DNA of 64,000 nt, taken from an uncultured delta proteobacterium (GTDB lineage Bacteria > Desulfobacterota > Desulfobacteria > Desulfobacterales > QNYZ01). The translations under genes and the position numbers were made by a program. Below the pieces are notes generated by a model. It ran no database searches. It was given only the letters and a program-made list of their open reading frames with translations, and was not told where the DNA came from. Shown here in pieces: positions 1 to 10,187 of the stretch (position 1 is the first letter of the stretch; every line of letters begins with the position of its first letter). The stretch is taken from assembly GCA_963845145.1 (NCBI GenBank), contig CAWJQU010000002.1, positions 288,001 to 352,000 on the forward strand. The letters are read 5' to 3'.

Positions 1-2
1 TG

Positions 3-737
3 GCGTGCGCCGGAGCCGCCGGCCCCGCACTTGAAGGCGGGGTCTCCCAAATGGGAATGATGGCCGGTCCGGGCGCCATCGATAGGATTCGTATCGACCC
101 CGACACCGGCCAATGGAACCTGCGGACCATTGAGGAAAAACCGGCACGGGGTATTTGCGGATCGGGAATGATTGATCTGGCCGCTCAACTCTTTTTGACC
201 GGCCGGTTAGATATTAGAGGAAAACTGGTTGATTCCATTTGTGCCGATCGCTATGGCGTCCATGACGGTATGGCCCGCTTGACGGTCGTTGAGGGTGCCA
301 AATCCGCTACCGGCCAGCCGCTTACCATTGACCAGGCCGACATCGATAGCCTGATTCGTTCCAAAGCAGCCATGTACACCATTCTGGAAACCATCACCAG
401 CCACGTGGGATTGACATTTGCCGATCTTGCCACGTTTTACGTGGCGGGCACATTTGGTGCCTTTATCGATCCGGCGTCGGCTATAGCCATTGGCATGATT
501 CCCGACCTGCCCATTGCCAAATATCGTTCCCTGGGTAACAGCTCCCTGGAGGGGGCTACCATGGCGCTCACATCCATCGATGCCGTGGATACCATCGACC
601 GGATTCGAAACCAGATCACTTATCTGGAGCTCAATGTCAATCAGGATTTTATGAACCGGTTTTCAGCAGCTAAGTTTCTGCCGCATACCGACCGTTCAAG
701 ATTTCCGTCGGTAACAACTATCGAAACGAACCTCTAA
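3..737 (+). CDS. ASKHA-domain ATP-dependent reductive activator of corrinoid proteins (RACo/RamA/AcsV-like), C-terminal part; truncated at window start
   Basis: Frame open from base 3: ACAGAAGPALEGG, GICGSGMID, KAAMY, YVAGTFG, LGNSSLEGA, F..RFSAAKFLPH, all typical RACo C-terminal motifs. Confidence 0.9.
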   Translation, partial: ACAGAAGPALEGGVSQMGMMAGPGAIDRIRIDPDTGQWNLRTIEEKPARGICGSGMIDLAAQLFLTGRLDIRGKLVDSICADRYGVHDGMARLTVVEGAKSATGQPLTIDQADIDSLIRSKAAMYTILETITSHVGLTFADLATFYVAGTFGAFIDPASAIAIGMIPDLPIAKYRSLGNSSLEGATMALTSIDAVDTIDRIRNQITYLELNVNQDFMNRFSAAKFLPHTDRSRFPSVTTIETNL

Positions 738-752
738 GCAGGAGGCAAACGC

Positions 753-1769
753 ATGCGAGGTGCACAACTTTCCCGGCAATGGCAGATATTACGTCATCTT
801 GAGGCCAACCGTAACGGTCTGACGGCGGCTCAAATTGCAGAGAGTACAGGTATCTCCTTGCGCACCGCTTACCGTGACCTGGATGATCTGGAAAAAGCCG
901 GATTTCCGGTTTATTCTGAAAAAGATGGAAAAGGAAATCTCTGGCGCTTTTTAGAAACGTATCACTTCAACATCCCGCAACTTTTTTCCTATACCGAGCT
1001 CATGTCGCTTCACATGAGCCGCGATATGCTGGAGGTGTTTAAGGGAACCGTTTTTTTTGATTCCCTTGAATCTGCTTTTCAAAAAATCGAAGGATCGATT
1101 CCTGCCCAATTTTTAACCTACCTCGATCGAGTCCGTTCCACTTTCCAGGCAGGCATTAACCCTTATAAGGACTACCGCCGTTATCGTAAAATCATCGATA
1201 ATATCAATCAGGCCGCTCTCGAGCAAAAACGCCTTGAAATGCTGTACCTGCCATTGCGCAGTAAAAAGGAGACCCATCGCAAGATCGATCCTTACGGCAT
1301 TCGAATTTTTGAAGGGACCATTTACTTCATCGGATATTGTCATTTACGAAAAGATGTCCGCACCTTTGTAGTGGACAGGATCAGACTCTTGCGACTGACC
1401 GAGGAAACGTTCCAACGTCCCTCGGATTTTGATCTTGAGCAATACAGCCGCCATAGCTTTAAAGTTGTTCATGATAAGCTATACGTGGTCAAGATTCGTA
1501 TTTCGCCGGAATGGGCGCGATATGTTGGTGAAAAAACCTGGCACCAAAGTCAGCAAATGCGTAAAAATGCCGACAGATCGTTGGAATTGACGTTTCGGGT
1601 AGCGGGTCTGACTGAAATCAAACAGTGGGCCCTGAGTTGGGGGCCCGAAGCCGAGGTAATCGCTCCGGAGCGCTTGAAAGAAGCGGTCAAACAAGATTTG
1701 AGGAAGGCCCTACTCTCTTATATGGAGGCAGGAAGGTCGTCGCGATCGACCGGTGCCAAAAAAAAATAA
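753..1769 (+). CDS. HTH-WYL-WCX transcriptional regulator (YafY/PafBC/DriD-like)
   Basis: N-terminal wHTH (ISLRTAYRDLDDL), WYL core (RKIDPY...IYFIGYCHLRKDVRTFVVDRI), WCX (WALSWGPEAEVIAPERL); RBS GGAGG. Confidence 0.93.
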   Translation: MRGAQLSRQWQILRHLEANRNGLTAAQIAESTGISLRTAYRDLDDLEKAGFPVYSEKDGKGNLWRFLETYHFNIPQLFSYTELMSLHMSRDMLEVFKGTVFFDSLESAFQKIEGSIPAQFLTYLDRVRSTFQAGINPYKDYRRYRKIIDNINQAALEQKRLEMLYLPLRSKKETHRKIDPYGIRIFEGTIYFIGYCHLRKDVRTFVVDRIRLLRLTEETFQRPSDFDLEQYSRHSFKVVHDKLYVVKIRISPEWARYVGEKTWHQSQQMRKNADRSLELTFRVAGLTEIKQWALSWGPEAEVIAPERLKEAVKQDLRKALLSYMEAGRSSRSTGAKKK

Positions 1770-2017
1770 AGGCCGGTGGAGTGCAGGGCAATTGCAAGTA
1801 AAATCAATTTTGAATGATTTTGATTGATTAATTATCATTCCAAGCAGCCTTAAGCTGTTTAGACTGAATGCCGCTATTGAAGCGTTTTTGTTTTTAAAAG
1901 GTTAAGCGCAATATATTTGAGTACGGCCAGTTTCTTTAGGGTATGATCTTTTTTGAATCGTCATTGATTTTTTATCCATTTCGAGACCGCCCGAAATCCC
2001 ATAATGGATGTGTTTAT

Positions 2018-2043
2018 GTAGGGGCAATCCCTTGTGGTTGCCC
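2018..2043 (+). repeat. GTAG-type REP-like palindrome with a decayed partner
   Basis: GTAG-GGGCAA-tcccttgtgg-TTGCCC between convergent genes; degenerate inverted partner (cacccacaaagggcatac) about 20 nt downstream. Confidence 0.55.
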
Positions 2044-2210
2044 GGTGGCATGATCGCCAGACACCCACAAAGGGCATACGGTTTTTTCAAAGAATGTCCT
2101 AAGAGTCTTAACAGAGGCCAATGGAAAACCGATTTGAATGGGCCTCCTCAGGCTTTTCGACATTACGACAGCACCGTCGTCATAAAAATGCATCATATTT
2201 CGAACATTGT

Positions 2211-3050
2211 TTATGAAAGCTTGGTTGCATCTTCCAGCACGACTTCTAACTTGGCAATATCAATTTCGGATAAACCCAGCACGTCGGCTTCGGTTGTAGC
2301 GGTCAAGAGCGTATCGGATTCAGTATGCATGCCCATACCGGCTTTATTACAAGCCATATTCGCCAAGCGAACCAGAATAAGCAGATGCCTTTTTTTGTCG
2401 AAGGCCTCCTCGTGGTGATCTTTGGCAATGTCACAATATTTATCTGGTAGATTCCAGGACTTCATCAGCGAATGGCCCTGGTCGGTGTGCAAGCTCGCCA
2501 TCACTTCATTCAACAACGGCTCCGAAAGCAGATGGTCAATGACTCTTTTTTTCCGAATATCTTCAATAACGGAGAGAAGAAAAAGCTTCCCGATATCATG
2601 CAACAATCCGGCGAAAAAAGCTTCCCCGGCCAGATCATGGAACGAGCAGTGCTTAGCCAACCAATTCGACCCGATAGCACAACCCACGGAATGTTGCCAC
2701 AAACGCTCCATAGTATCACTGATAAAATGGTCTTCAGATTTAAAATTATCCTTTTGACTGACAAGCATGACGATATCGGCAACCTGCTTATACCCGATTC
2801 GAACAATGGCCTGCTTGATGGTTGTGATCTGATCCAGTCCCTTATAAAAAGCGGAGTTGGCAATTTTTAACACCTCTCCAGTAAGGGACTGATCGCTAAT
2901 GATCGTTTTTTCAATTTTGCCCATATCCGGATCTTCTTTCATTGTTTCCTGCCGGATTTTATGTGCTGTTTGATTAAAAACGGGTAATCGTGTTTTTCCG
3001 GAAGCTAATTGCTCATTGATCAGCTCAATCAGAGAAAGACTTTCCGTCAT
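2211..3050 (-). CDS. Stand-alone HDOD domain protein
   Basis: LPVF...DQSL..VLKIANSAFY, AIVRIG, LWQHS, AGLLHDIGKL, WNLP...HH. Confidence 0.93.
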   Translation of the reverse strand: MTESLSLIELINEQLASGKTRLPVFNQTAHKIRQETMKEDPDMGKIEKTIISDQSLTGEVLKIANSAFYKGLDQITTIKQAIVRIGYKQVADIVMLVSQKDNFKSEDHFISDTMERLWQHSVGCAIGSNWLAKHCSFHDLAGEAFFAGLLHDIGKLFLLSVIEDIRKKRVIDHLLSEPLLNEVMASLHTDQGHSLMKSWNLPDKYCDIAKDHHEEAFDKKRHLLILVRLANMACNKAGMGMHTESDTLLTATTEADVLGLSEIDIAKLEVVLEDATKLS

Positions 3051-3052
3051 CG

Positions 3053-4930
3053 TTATCCTCCTAAAAGTCGTCGGATTTCACCCAAAGGTCTGGGCTTGTT
3101 GGTTCTGGGAAGACACCTTAACGCCTCTTCCAGGGTGGTCTCACCGTTGGCCGCCTTACAAATACCGTCTTCCAATAAAGTAACCAGGCCACTGGATTCA
3201 ATGCTGATATTGCGAATATCAAAGCTTGTTTTTTGATCGAGAAGCGCATCCCGTATCAACTCATCGAGAATCAGCAGTTCAAATATCCCGATCCTTCCCA
3301 TATAGCCGGTGTGCCGACAATGCGTACATCCTTTTCCTTTTAAAAACTTTCCACCCAGTAAATCCGCTGGTGTATAACCCAGGCGTTGAATCTCACCGGA
3401 ACTGGGTTGATGGGGTTCGGCACAATTGGGGCAAACTTTACGCAAAAGCCGCTGGGCAACGATACTGACAACCGTTGATGATACCAGAAACGCTTCGATG
3501 TCCATATTTAAAAGACGGATTAAGCCCCCGATACTATCCTCTGTATGAAAAGTCGTCAATACTTTATGCCCCGTGAGGGCGGACTGAACCGCTACTTCAG
3601 CAGAAAATTTATCTCTAATCTCGCCGATAACGATGATATCCGGATCCTGGCGGACAATATGCCTTAAAGACTCTTCAAATGTCAGGTTAATTTTCGGGTC
3701 AATCGAACATTGGGAAATCCCGTCAATAATATACTCAACAGGCTCCTCAGCGGTGATGATACTCGTCTCAGGATGGTTTAGATGGTTGATGCAACTATAG
3801 ACGGTAGTTGTTTTCCCTGATCCGGTGGGACCGGTTACGATTACCACACCGCTCGGAACCGAGAGTGCGTCATTGATAAAACGTTTTAACAACCGCTTAG
3901 GCATGCCGATATCAATCAGATTGCGCAGCGATCCCTGCCGCTGAAGCAATCGTAAGACAATTTTTTCGCCATAAACCGTGACATAAAAAGAAACCCGGCA
4001 ATCGATTTCTTCCCCCATCCACTTGAAAAACAGACGTCCCCCCTGATGTCTTCGCCGTTCGACAATATCCGCTTCACACATCACCTTGATTCGGTTGGTC
4101 AAGGTAGGGATAATTTCTAAAGGATACTCTTTGTACAATCCCAAAACGCCATCCCGACGAAAACGCACCCGCAGTTTTTCTTTCATGGGCTCAATATGGA
4201 TATCGCTTACTTTTTCTTTTATCGCTGCGGTAATAATTGAATTGACAACCCCGATTATGGAGTCCTTATTCACAGATACGTGCTGATCCGATTGTCGACT
4301 ACGCATTCTGTCAATCGCTTTTCTAATCGATTGCAAGGGTGCAACCCCAATAGCGATGGCCTCACTAAAAATTTGACGAACGGTTTGTACAATTTGAGTG
4401 TCTTGCGGGTCCGAAAAGACCACCAGGATTTTATTATGCTCTCTTCGTATCGGAATAAAGGTGTTGGACGCGTACCATTTCGACGGCACCTGGCTAAAAA
4501 GACCGGGATCTATTTCAACCGATTCCAGATCTACCAATATACAACCTAGCTTTAAAGCAAGCGCGTCAAGAAGGGTTCGTTCGCCCAGGATATTTTGCTC
4601 AACCAGTATTTTACCGAGTTCTTTATTCCCCCCCTGCTCTTTTTGAATATTTATCGCTTTTTTTAAATCTTTTTCGCCTAGGTAACCCATCTCCAATAAA
4701 AAACGATCCATTCCCATCGCAACGGGATGGGCATGAACGGCATTTCTGATATCCTCCGCAGTCACAAATTCCAACTGTTTGGCGACCTCCGCCAAGGGTC
4801 GGGGAACTTCAAGTTTCGACTGCACACGTTTTGCATATTTAGCGTTTTCATTGGTCAAGCAGCCGGCCTTGATTAAGATGGATATAATTTCCCCGAATTG
4901 ATCCATTATTTCGTTATTATCCACTTTCAT
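3053..4930 (-). CDS. GspE/PulE/PilB-family ATPase with N-terminal MshEN-like repeats
   Basis: SDIHIEP, RFRRDG, Walker A GPTGSGKTTT, RQDPDIIVIGEIRD, ALTGH...TFH, Zn motif CPNC/CTHC; start reassigned to the ATG after GGAGAAAAG. Confidence 0.92.
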   Translation of the reverse strand: MKVDNNEIMDQFGEIISILIKAGCLTNENAKYAKRVQSKLEVPRPLAEVAKQLEFVTAEDIRNAVHAHPVAMGMDRFLLEMGYLGEKDLKKAINIQKEQGGNKELGKILVEQNILGERTLLDALALKLGCILVDLESVEIDPGLFSQVPSKWYASNTFIPIRREHNKILVVFSDPQDTQIVQTVRQIFSEAIAIGVAPLQSIRKAIDRMRSRQSDQHVSVNKDSIIGVVNSIITAAIKEKVSDIHIEPMKEKLRVRFRRDGVLGLYKEYPLEIIPTLTNRIKVMCEADIVERRRHQGGRLFFKWMGEEIDCRVSFYVTVYGEKIVLRLLQRQGSLRNLIDIGMPKRLLKRFINDALSVPSGVVIVTGPTGSGKTTTVYSCINHLNHPETSIITAEEPVEYIIDGISQCSIDPKINLTFEESLRHIVRQDPDIIVIGEIRDKFSAEVAVQSALTGHKVLTTFHTEDSIGGLIRLLNMDIEAFLVSSTVVSIVAQRLLRKVCPNCAEPHQPSSGEIQRLGYTPADLLGGKFLKGKGCTHCRHTGYMGRIGIFELLILDELIRDALLDQKTSFDIRNISIESSGLVTLLEDGICKAANGETTLEEALRCLPRTNKPRPLGEIRRLLGG

Positions 4931-5064
4931 CTTTTCTCCAGGTTTCAAAGGAAATATGGGGCTTATCATTTACAAAATCGCATGAGATCATCTTTTTTGG
5001 TGTCTAGTTCACGGGCCTATCATTTGCCTATTAGCTTTGGCATTCTACTTAACGGCAATGCAAA

Positions 5065-7128
5065 TCATTGCGGTACAACGAAGTAAAAACGGCTGCCTTT
5101 TCCCTCTCCATCACTATCAGCCCAAATTCTACCCCCATGTAGCTCTACCAATTTTTTTGAGAGCGATAGCCCAAGACCCGTTCCGATTGTTTTTCGATTG
5201 GTGGTGTTGTCTACCTGCTCGAAAGGTTCAAATATCCGGTCCAGTTCTTCCGGCTTAATACCAATACCCGAATCTGAAATCGTAAATTTAAGAAATGGGG
5301 AAGTACTTCCCTGGCTTAAATCATCTTTACCTGTTTGCATTAGTTTTGTTTCAGATAAATTAGATTCCCCCAAGAGCGCCACCTGCCCGTTTGGGGGCGT
5401 AAATTTTACGGCGTTGGACAATAAATTATACATTATCTGTTTGATTTTACGTTCATCAAGAACGCCCCGTTTTGGCAAATTTCCAGCGTCAAAGGTCAAA
5501 CGGATGCCTTTTTTCGCCGCCTGAGCCTTGACCATGTTAACACTGTTTTTAAGTATCGAAAAAAGGACAACTTGTTCCGGTTTCAACTCAAGTTTACCAG
5601 CCTCTACTTTCGATAAATCTAAAATATCGCTCACAAGTACCAACAGGTGTCCACTACTGGTGAGGACATCGTTCAAGTACTCTTTTTGAGTATGGTTGAG
5701 TTCTCCATAATGTCCATCTACTACCAGTTCCGTGAAGCCAATAATATGATTCAATGGGGTACGCAGTTCGTGGCTCATATTGGCTAAAAAAACACTTTTG
5801 GAACGATTGGCATCTTCGGCTTCGCGTTTAGCTTTTTCCAGTTCCATCGTTCTATCGGCAATCCGCTCTTCAAGTTCATCATGCGCCCTCTGCAATGCCA
5901 ACTGGGCCCGTTGACGTTCAACAAACAATTGATCTAGTTCCGCTTTTATCAGGGAAACGGCATCATAGACAGGTCCAAGCGGATTAGAGGGCAATATCTT
6001 TGGCAAGCGTGATTCATTTACTCTGTTCTCCCAATCAATTTGACCGATATGATAAAGGAGTTGTTCGATATCCTTCGGCAAAATCGCTCGGTCCAGCTGC
6101 AAATCGGATTCGGCTGAAGGCAAAGATTTGAATCCTCGTTTTAAAGCATCAACGGCCGCATTTAAATCACGGTGAACATATAACCTGAAAGAAACACTCG
6201 GACGCGCCAACTGTATCGCCACATTCAGCAGGCGGCTGCCGCCGTAAAACGCAACCCCATGAAAAGGAAACTGTTTGTGTAAGGCTTTAATATGACGCAT
6301 ATATTCCTTACGGGTATGAACACTCGCGTTGTGAATTTGGTCAATACCGAATAAAAATCCGTACTGTTCGAAAGGCCCTCCCAGATCGTTGAAAATCTGA
6401 CGATTGACTATAAACATATCCGGCAAATACTTGGGGCGCAGGTTACCTTTCGATATGGCATGGATTATATGATTATCAATCAATTCATACCGAACTTGCC
6501 ACCCATCACGTTCAAAACGCCAACCGATATTCCCGCCGCAAGTTTGTGGTTTATTACATGCGGGTGTCGCAGACGTAGCCCCATTTTTCGTAAGTATGCT
6601 CATAGAAGGGGTGAGGTTGTTTGACGTAACGCCCGCGCGCTGTAGAATATGGTCCGCTTTTTCCACTGCATCGGCGTAATTTTTAGCAATCACGATGGGA
6701 AAGGTCGTGTAATTTAATTTTTGACCCAGCTTAATGCTCAATTTCAATAGCGGGCTGATACCGAAAAAGACAACCCCTCGTAGCCTGTTTCTGCTCATCA
6801 AATATTTGATATAATATCGGCGCGCCGAAAGGCTCACCGTTTTTAATTGGGAGTAATCCTGGATTTGGACATAGATACCATCGGGTGCGATGGCTTCATC
6901 GATCACGGCTTTATTCTGATCCAAGGCCGGCTTAACCGCCGCCAATGTTGCGTCACCCGATAGTTGGGACACAACCACACCATTTCCGACTATGCTAAAA
7001 TTGACGCAATAATTTCGGCCAAAAGAAACGTCCTTCCATTCCGGCTTTTGTAAAATAGGAAGGCCGGTATTTAGAGAAGCGACCTTTTTATTATGATCCT
7101 TAGTATCTATGAATGAGTCAATGGTCAT
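5065..7128 (-). CDS. Cytoplasmic sensor histidine kinase with two repeated STAS/SEC14-like N-terminal domains
   Basis: H-box [13 protein letters not shown]-box [11 protein letters not shown]1 DSGIGI, G2 GTGLGL; no obvious TM segment; two similar N-terminal alpha/beta repeats (domain name tentative). Confidence 0.88.
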   Translation of the reverse strand: MTIDSFIDTKDHNKKVASLNTGLPILQKPEWKDVSFGRNYCVNFSIVGNGVVVSQLSGDATLAAVKPALDQNKAVIDEAIAPDGIYVQIQDYSQLKTVSLSARRYYIKYLMSRNRLRGVVFFGISPLLKLSIKLGQKLNYTTFPIVIAKNYADAVEKADHILQRAGVTSNNLTPSMSILTKNGATSATPACNKPQTCGGNIGWRFERDGWQVRYELIDNHIIHAISKGNLRPKYLPDMFIVNRQIFNDLGGPFEQYGFLFGIDQIHNASVHTRKEYMRHIKALHKQFPFHGVAFYGGSRLLNVAIQLARPSVSFRLYVHRDLNAAVDALKRGFKSLPSAESDLQLDRAILPKDIEQLLYHIGQIDWENRVNESRLPKILPSNPLGPVYDAVSLIKAELDQLFVERQRAQLALQRAHDELEERIADRTMELEKAKREAEDANRSKSVFLANMSHELRTPLNHIIGFTELVVDGHYGELNHTQKEYLNDVLTSSGHLLVLVSDILDLSKVEAGKLELKPEQVVLFSILKNSVNMVKAQAAKKGIRLTFDAGNLPKRGVLDERKIKQIMYNLLSNAVKFTPPNGQVALLGESNLSETKLMQTGKDDLSQGSTSPFLKFTISDSGIGIKPEELDRIFEPFEQVDNTTNRKTIGTGLGLSLSKKLVELHGGRIWADSDGEGKGSRFYFVVPQ

Positions 7129-7142
7129 TTAGATCAGCCGCC

Positions 7143-9170
7143 TCAATGTCCTCGAGATTTCGTATCAATTGGAAACATAAAGGTAAATCGACACCCAAGT
7201 CCCTCACCATCACTTTCCGCCCAAATTCGTCCACGATGAAGCTCAATAAGTTCTCTCGACAAAGAGAGCCCGAGGCCTGTACCTTGAAATTTTCGACTGC
7301 GAGTATTTTCGACTTGTTCAAAGGGTTTGAAGATAGCTTCCAAATATTCTTTTCCAATACCAATGCCGGTATCCGATACTACAACCTTTAGATAATTACC
7401 GGAGACGAATTTCCTTTTCCGGCCGCTGAATGAGAACGATATTTTTCTGCCATCCTTCAATTTTAGTTGAGGTTCGTCTATTATAGACACCATCGCCGAC
7501 AAAGAGACCTCCCCGCCATTGGATGTAAATTTTACTGCGTTTGACAACAAATTATAGACCACTTGCCTGATTTTACGTTCATCGGCACAAATCGTCTCTG
7601 TAAGGTTTTCAAATGTAGTTTGTATGCGGATATTTTCCTTCATGGCTTTTTCTTTAATCATGGTAAGGCTGTTTTCCAGTAGTGGTTGCACATGTAAATC
7701 CCGTAATTCTAAACCCATTTTACCGGCCTCGACTTTGGACAGATCTAAAATATCGTTTATTAAGGAGAGAAGGTGCCGACTGCTCGTCAGTGCATCGGTC
7801 AGATATTCCACTTGCGTAGGATTCAAATCTCCAAAATTTTTATCCGCCACCAATTCCGTAAAACCAATGATATGGTTCAACGGTGTTCTTAATTCATGGC
7901 TCATATTGGCCAAAAACTCGCTTTTGGCCTGGTTTGAGGCTTCAGCAATGACTTTTGCTTGATAAAAATGTTCGGCTTTTTTACGCTCGCTAATATCACG
8001 GGTAACACCTAAGAGCCCTATGGGCTTCCCTACGTCATCGCGCATGAAAGACGTTGTTACCTCGGCCCAGGCCTTGGAACCATCTTTGCAAAATTGCTGA
8101 ATTTCAATGGTTCGGGATCGATGGGGGTCAACTTTGGGATCATCCTCGGCGGCAAGTTCCTCGGTAAGAACACCGAAAACATGTTCCAGCGACTCCGGGG
8201 TGAGTGTTTCTTCGATACTCAGTTTAATAGCCTCCTCGGCCGTAAACCCCCGCATTTTAAAAACCGATGGACTGATGTAGGTAAACCGCAGGGTTTTTAA
8301 ATCGATTGTCCAGATTGTGTCGGTCACATTATCCGCTAAAAGGCGATAGCGATGCTCTGATGTTTCCAGTTCGGATGTGTACGCCTCCAATTGGGATTTT
8401 GAATGGCTCAGATCGCGGTTGGCATCTTCCAGGTTTGCGGCCATCCGGCTGACCTCATCGTGTTTTTCCTGGATTAACCGATTGGCCTTCTGAAGTTCGA
8501 AAATCGCTTCACGGTAAATCCGATATCGACCGAGTAGCCTTTTTAAAAGGGCGGGGCGGGTTTTGGTGCTCCAGGTGACGCGATAAAGGCACCCCGGACA
8601 CCCATATGAGGGGCGGTCCGGCCATTGACGCGTACCGTAAGCCTCAGGGAAAACCTGGCATTCGACCTCCTCGATCGTCGCCGGGGGCATATCGAACAAC
8701 GTGGGCACTGCGGATAAAACGCCACGGGTATAATCGCAATCAAAACGGGTTTTTTTATAGCTGTAGTGATACCGGTCTTCGATGACCGCCCAAGAGCGTC
8801 CGATCTTCCGAATAAACACATCGCTATTGGCTTTTAAAAACGTATTGTATTTTGCCGCCAGTGAGTAAACCAGTCGAGGATTTGCGATCAAGCGAACAAT
8901 CTGATCCAAAAGACCGAGGGAATTTAATCGGGCCGAGGCGAAAGCCATTTTGTAAACAGCATTGGGATCTTCCACCAGATCGACCATACGGTGGTACAGG
9001 ATCTGTAAAAATGAATGGGAAACCCAATTATTGGTGTCGGAGAGATAATTTTCGTCGAGATTCAGTCCATCGAGCAGCGTACCAAGCGACCCGCGATTAA
9101 CCTCACGTACATACCTCAACAACGTAAATGTAACTCGGCAGCTAATATCCTTTTTATTCGCTAATTCCAT
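7143..9170 (-). CDS. PAS histidine kinase with N-terminal H-NOX/V4R-like domain
   Basis: PAS/PAC (YRLLADNVTD...YISPS...GVTRDISERK), His[14 protein letters not shown], HATPase; N-terminal CDYTRG...EVEC...GCLYRVTW resembles V4R. Confidence 0.88.
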   Translation of the reverse strand: MELANKKDISCRVTFTLLRYVREVNRGSLGTLLDGLNLDENYLSDTNNWVSHSFLQILYHRMVDLVEDPNAVYKMAFASARLNSLGLLDQIVRLIANPRLVYSLAAKYNTFLKANSDVFIRKIGRSWAVIEDRYHYSYKKTRFDCDYTRGVLSAVPTLFDMPPATIEEVECQVFPEAYGTRQWPDRPSYGCPGCLYRVTWSTKTRPALLKRLLGRYRIYREAIFELQKANRLIQEKHDEVSRMAANLEDANRDLSHSKSQLEAYTSELETSEHRYRLLADNVTDTIWTIDLKTLRFTYISPSVFKMRGFTAEEAIKLSIEETLTPESLEHVFGVLTEELAAEDDPKVDPHRSRTIEIQQFCKDGSKAWAEVTTSFMRDDVGKPIGLLGVTRDISERKKAEHFYQAKVIAEASNQAKSEFLANMSHELRTPLNHIIGFTELVADKNFGDLNPTQVEYLTDALTSSRHLLSLINDILDLSKVEAGKMGLELRDLHVQPLLENSLTMIKEKAMKENIRIQTTFENLTETICADERKIRQVVYNLLSNAVKFTSNGGEVSLSAMVSIIDEPQLKLKDGRKISFSFSGRKRKFVSGNYLKVVVSDTGIGIGKEYLEAIFKPFEQVENTRSRKFQGTGLGLSLSRELIELHRGRIWAESDGEGLGCRFTFMFPIDTKSRGH

Positions 9171-9345
9171 TATTTGCTCATCGCCAAATATCGCCCTGGG
9201 AACTATCCATCGTATCAAAGCCAAAATATAGCGACTTATGGCACTTTACAAAATATCCAATTCCCATGGAAATTACACTTCCGTGGTCAATAGCCCTTAA
9301 ATAATAATAAAGGCATGCAATTCGAGTATATAATCGGATTTACTT

Positions 9346-9361
9346 TGCAAGAATTACACCA
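9346..9361 (-). promoter_or_regulatory. Putative sigma54 -24/-12 promoter for the kinase operon
   Basis: Minus strand TGGTGTAATTCTTGCA (GG-N10-GC, TTGCA). Confidence 0.45.
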
Positions 9362-9435
9362 TTTCTTTTAGGCAAACGAAAACCTTTTTACCTTATCGAA
9401 CGATTTTTAATAATATTTCTACGGGCCGGCCACTT

Positions 9436-9495
9436 ATTGGCAATCCATGCTTTGGCAATCCATGCTTTGGCAAACCCGTCTTTGGTAAACCTGGC
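9436..9495. repeat. Four tandem 15-bp imperfect repeats
   Basis: attggcaatccatgc / tttggcaatccatgc / tttggcaaacccgtc / tttggtaaacctggc. Confidence 0.85.
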
Positions 9496-9496
9496 G

Positions 9497-9528
9497 TTGA
9501 CAGTTTTTGCCACAATGTGGCATATAAG
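9497..9528 (+). promoter_or_regulatory. sigma70-type promoter with a perfect dyad in a long spacer
   Basis: TTGACA-N20-TATAAG; TGCCACA-A-TGTGGCA at 9508-9522. Confidence 0.55.
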
Positions 9529-9604
9529 CGTTCCGACAGGTCATTTTATTAAAAAATCGCCAAAACCTAAGTTGATAACCCGAAAAAGATCGGGATTGGA
9601 ATAA

Positions 9605-10180
9605 ATGAGTGTCAAAATTAAAAGTGATCGTCGACTAAACCGTCAATCCATCATACTGATTATTTTACTGATGATCGGCGTCGGCATTGTGGTTCTTCTT
9701 CAAACCAAAAATTCTTCTTTCAATCTATCGGGAAAGCCCCGGCTCGAAAAAGGAATGAAGGCGCCCGGTTTCACCTTGCCGGATCTTGACGGCAATTTGG
9801 TCAACTTAGCCGATCACACGGGCAATGTCGTTTTATTAAACATATGGGCGACCTGGTGTCCTCCGTGTGTTGAGGAGATGCCATCCATGGAAAAATTACA
9901 CCTGGCCTTAAAAGGTGAGCGCTTTAAAATCCTGGCGGTCAGCATAGATGCTTCGGGTGCCAAAGTGGTAGACCCTTTTATGAAAAAACATAAACTGACT
10001 TTTCCGGCGCTTATAGACGCCAAGGCAACCCTAAAGAATCTGTATCGGACAACCGGGGTCCCGGAAAGCTTTATAATAGATGGGAATGGAACGATTGTTG
10101 AAAAGGTAATCGGTCCGGCTGATTGGGCCAGTCCTGACGCGATCCGGTTTTTTCAGAGCCTCATTGCGAAAAACAAGTGA
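9605..10180 (+). CDS. TlpA/ResA-family thiol-disulfide oxidoreductase
   Basis: N-terminal TM, APGFTL, NIWATWCPPC..EMP, cis-Pro GVPESF. Confidence 0.93.
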   Translation: MSVKIKSDRRLNRQSIILIILLMIGVGIVVLLQTKNSSFNLSGKPRLEKGMKAPGFTLPDLDGNLVNLADHTGNVVLLNIWATWCPPCVEEMPSMEKLHLALKGERFKILAVSIDASGAKVVDPFMKKHKLTFPALIDAKATLKNLYRTTGVPESFIIDGNGTIVEKVIGPADWASPDAIRFFQSLIAKNK

Positions 10181-10187
10181 ATTCTAA

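Noticed and set aside
753..2210. WYL-associated defence island
   Set aside because: No nuclease, methylase, toxin or other defence gene follows; the short ORFs here look non-coding.
9436..9495. CRISPR array
   Set aside because: Units are 15 bp, contiguous, with no spacers and no cas genes.
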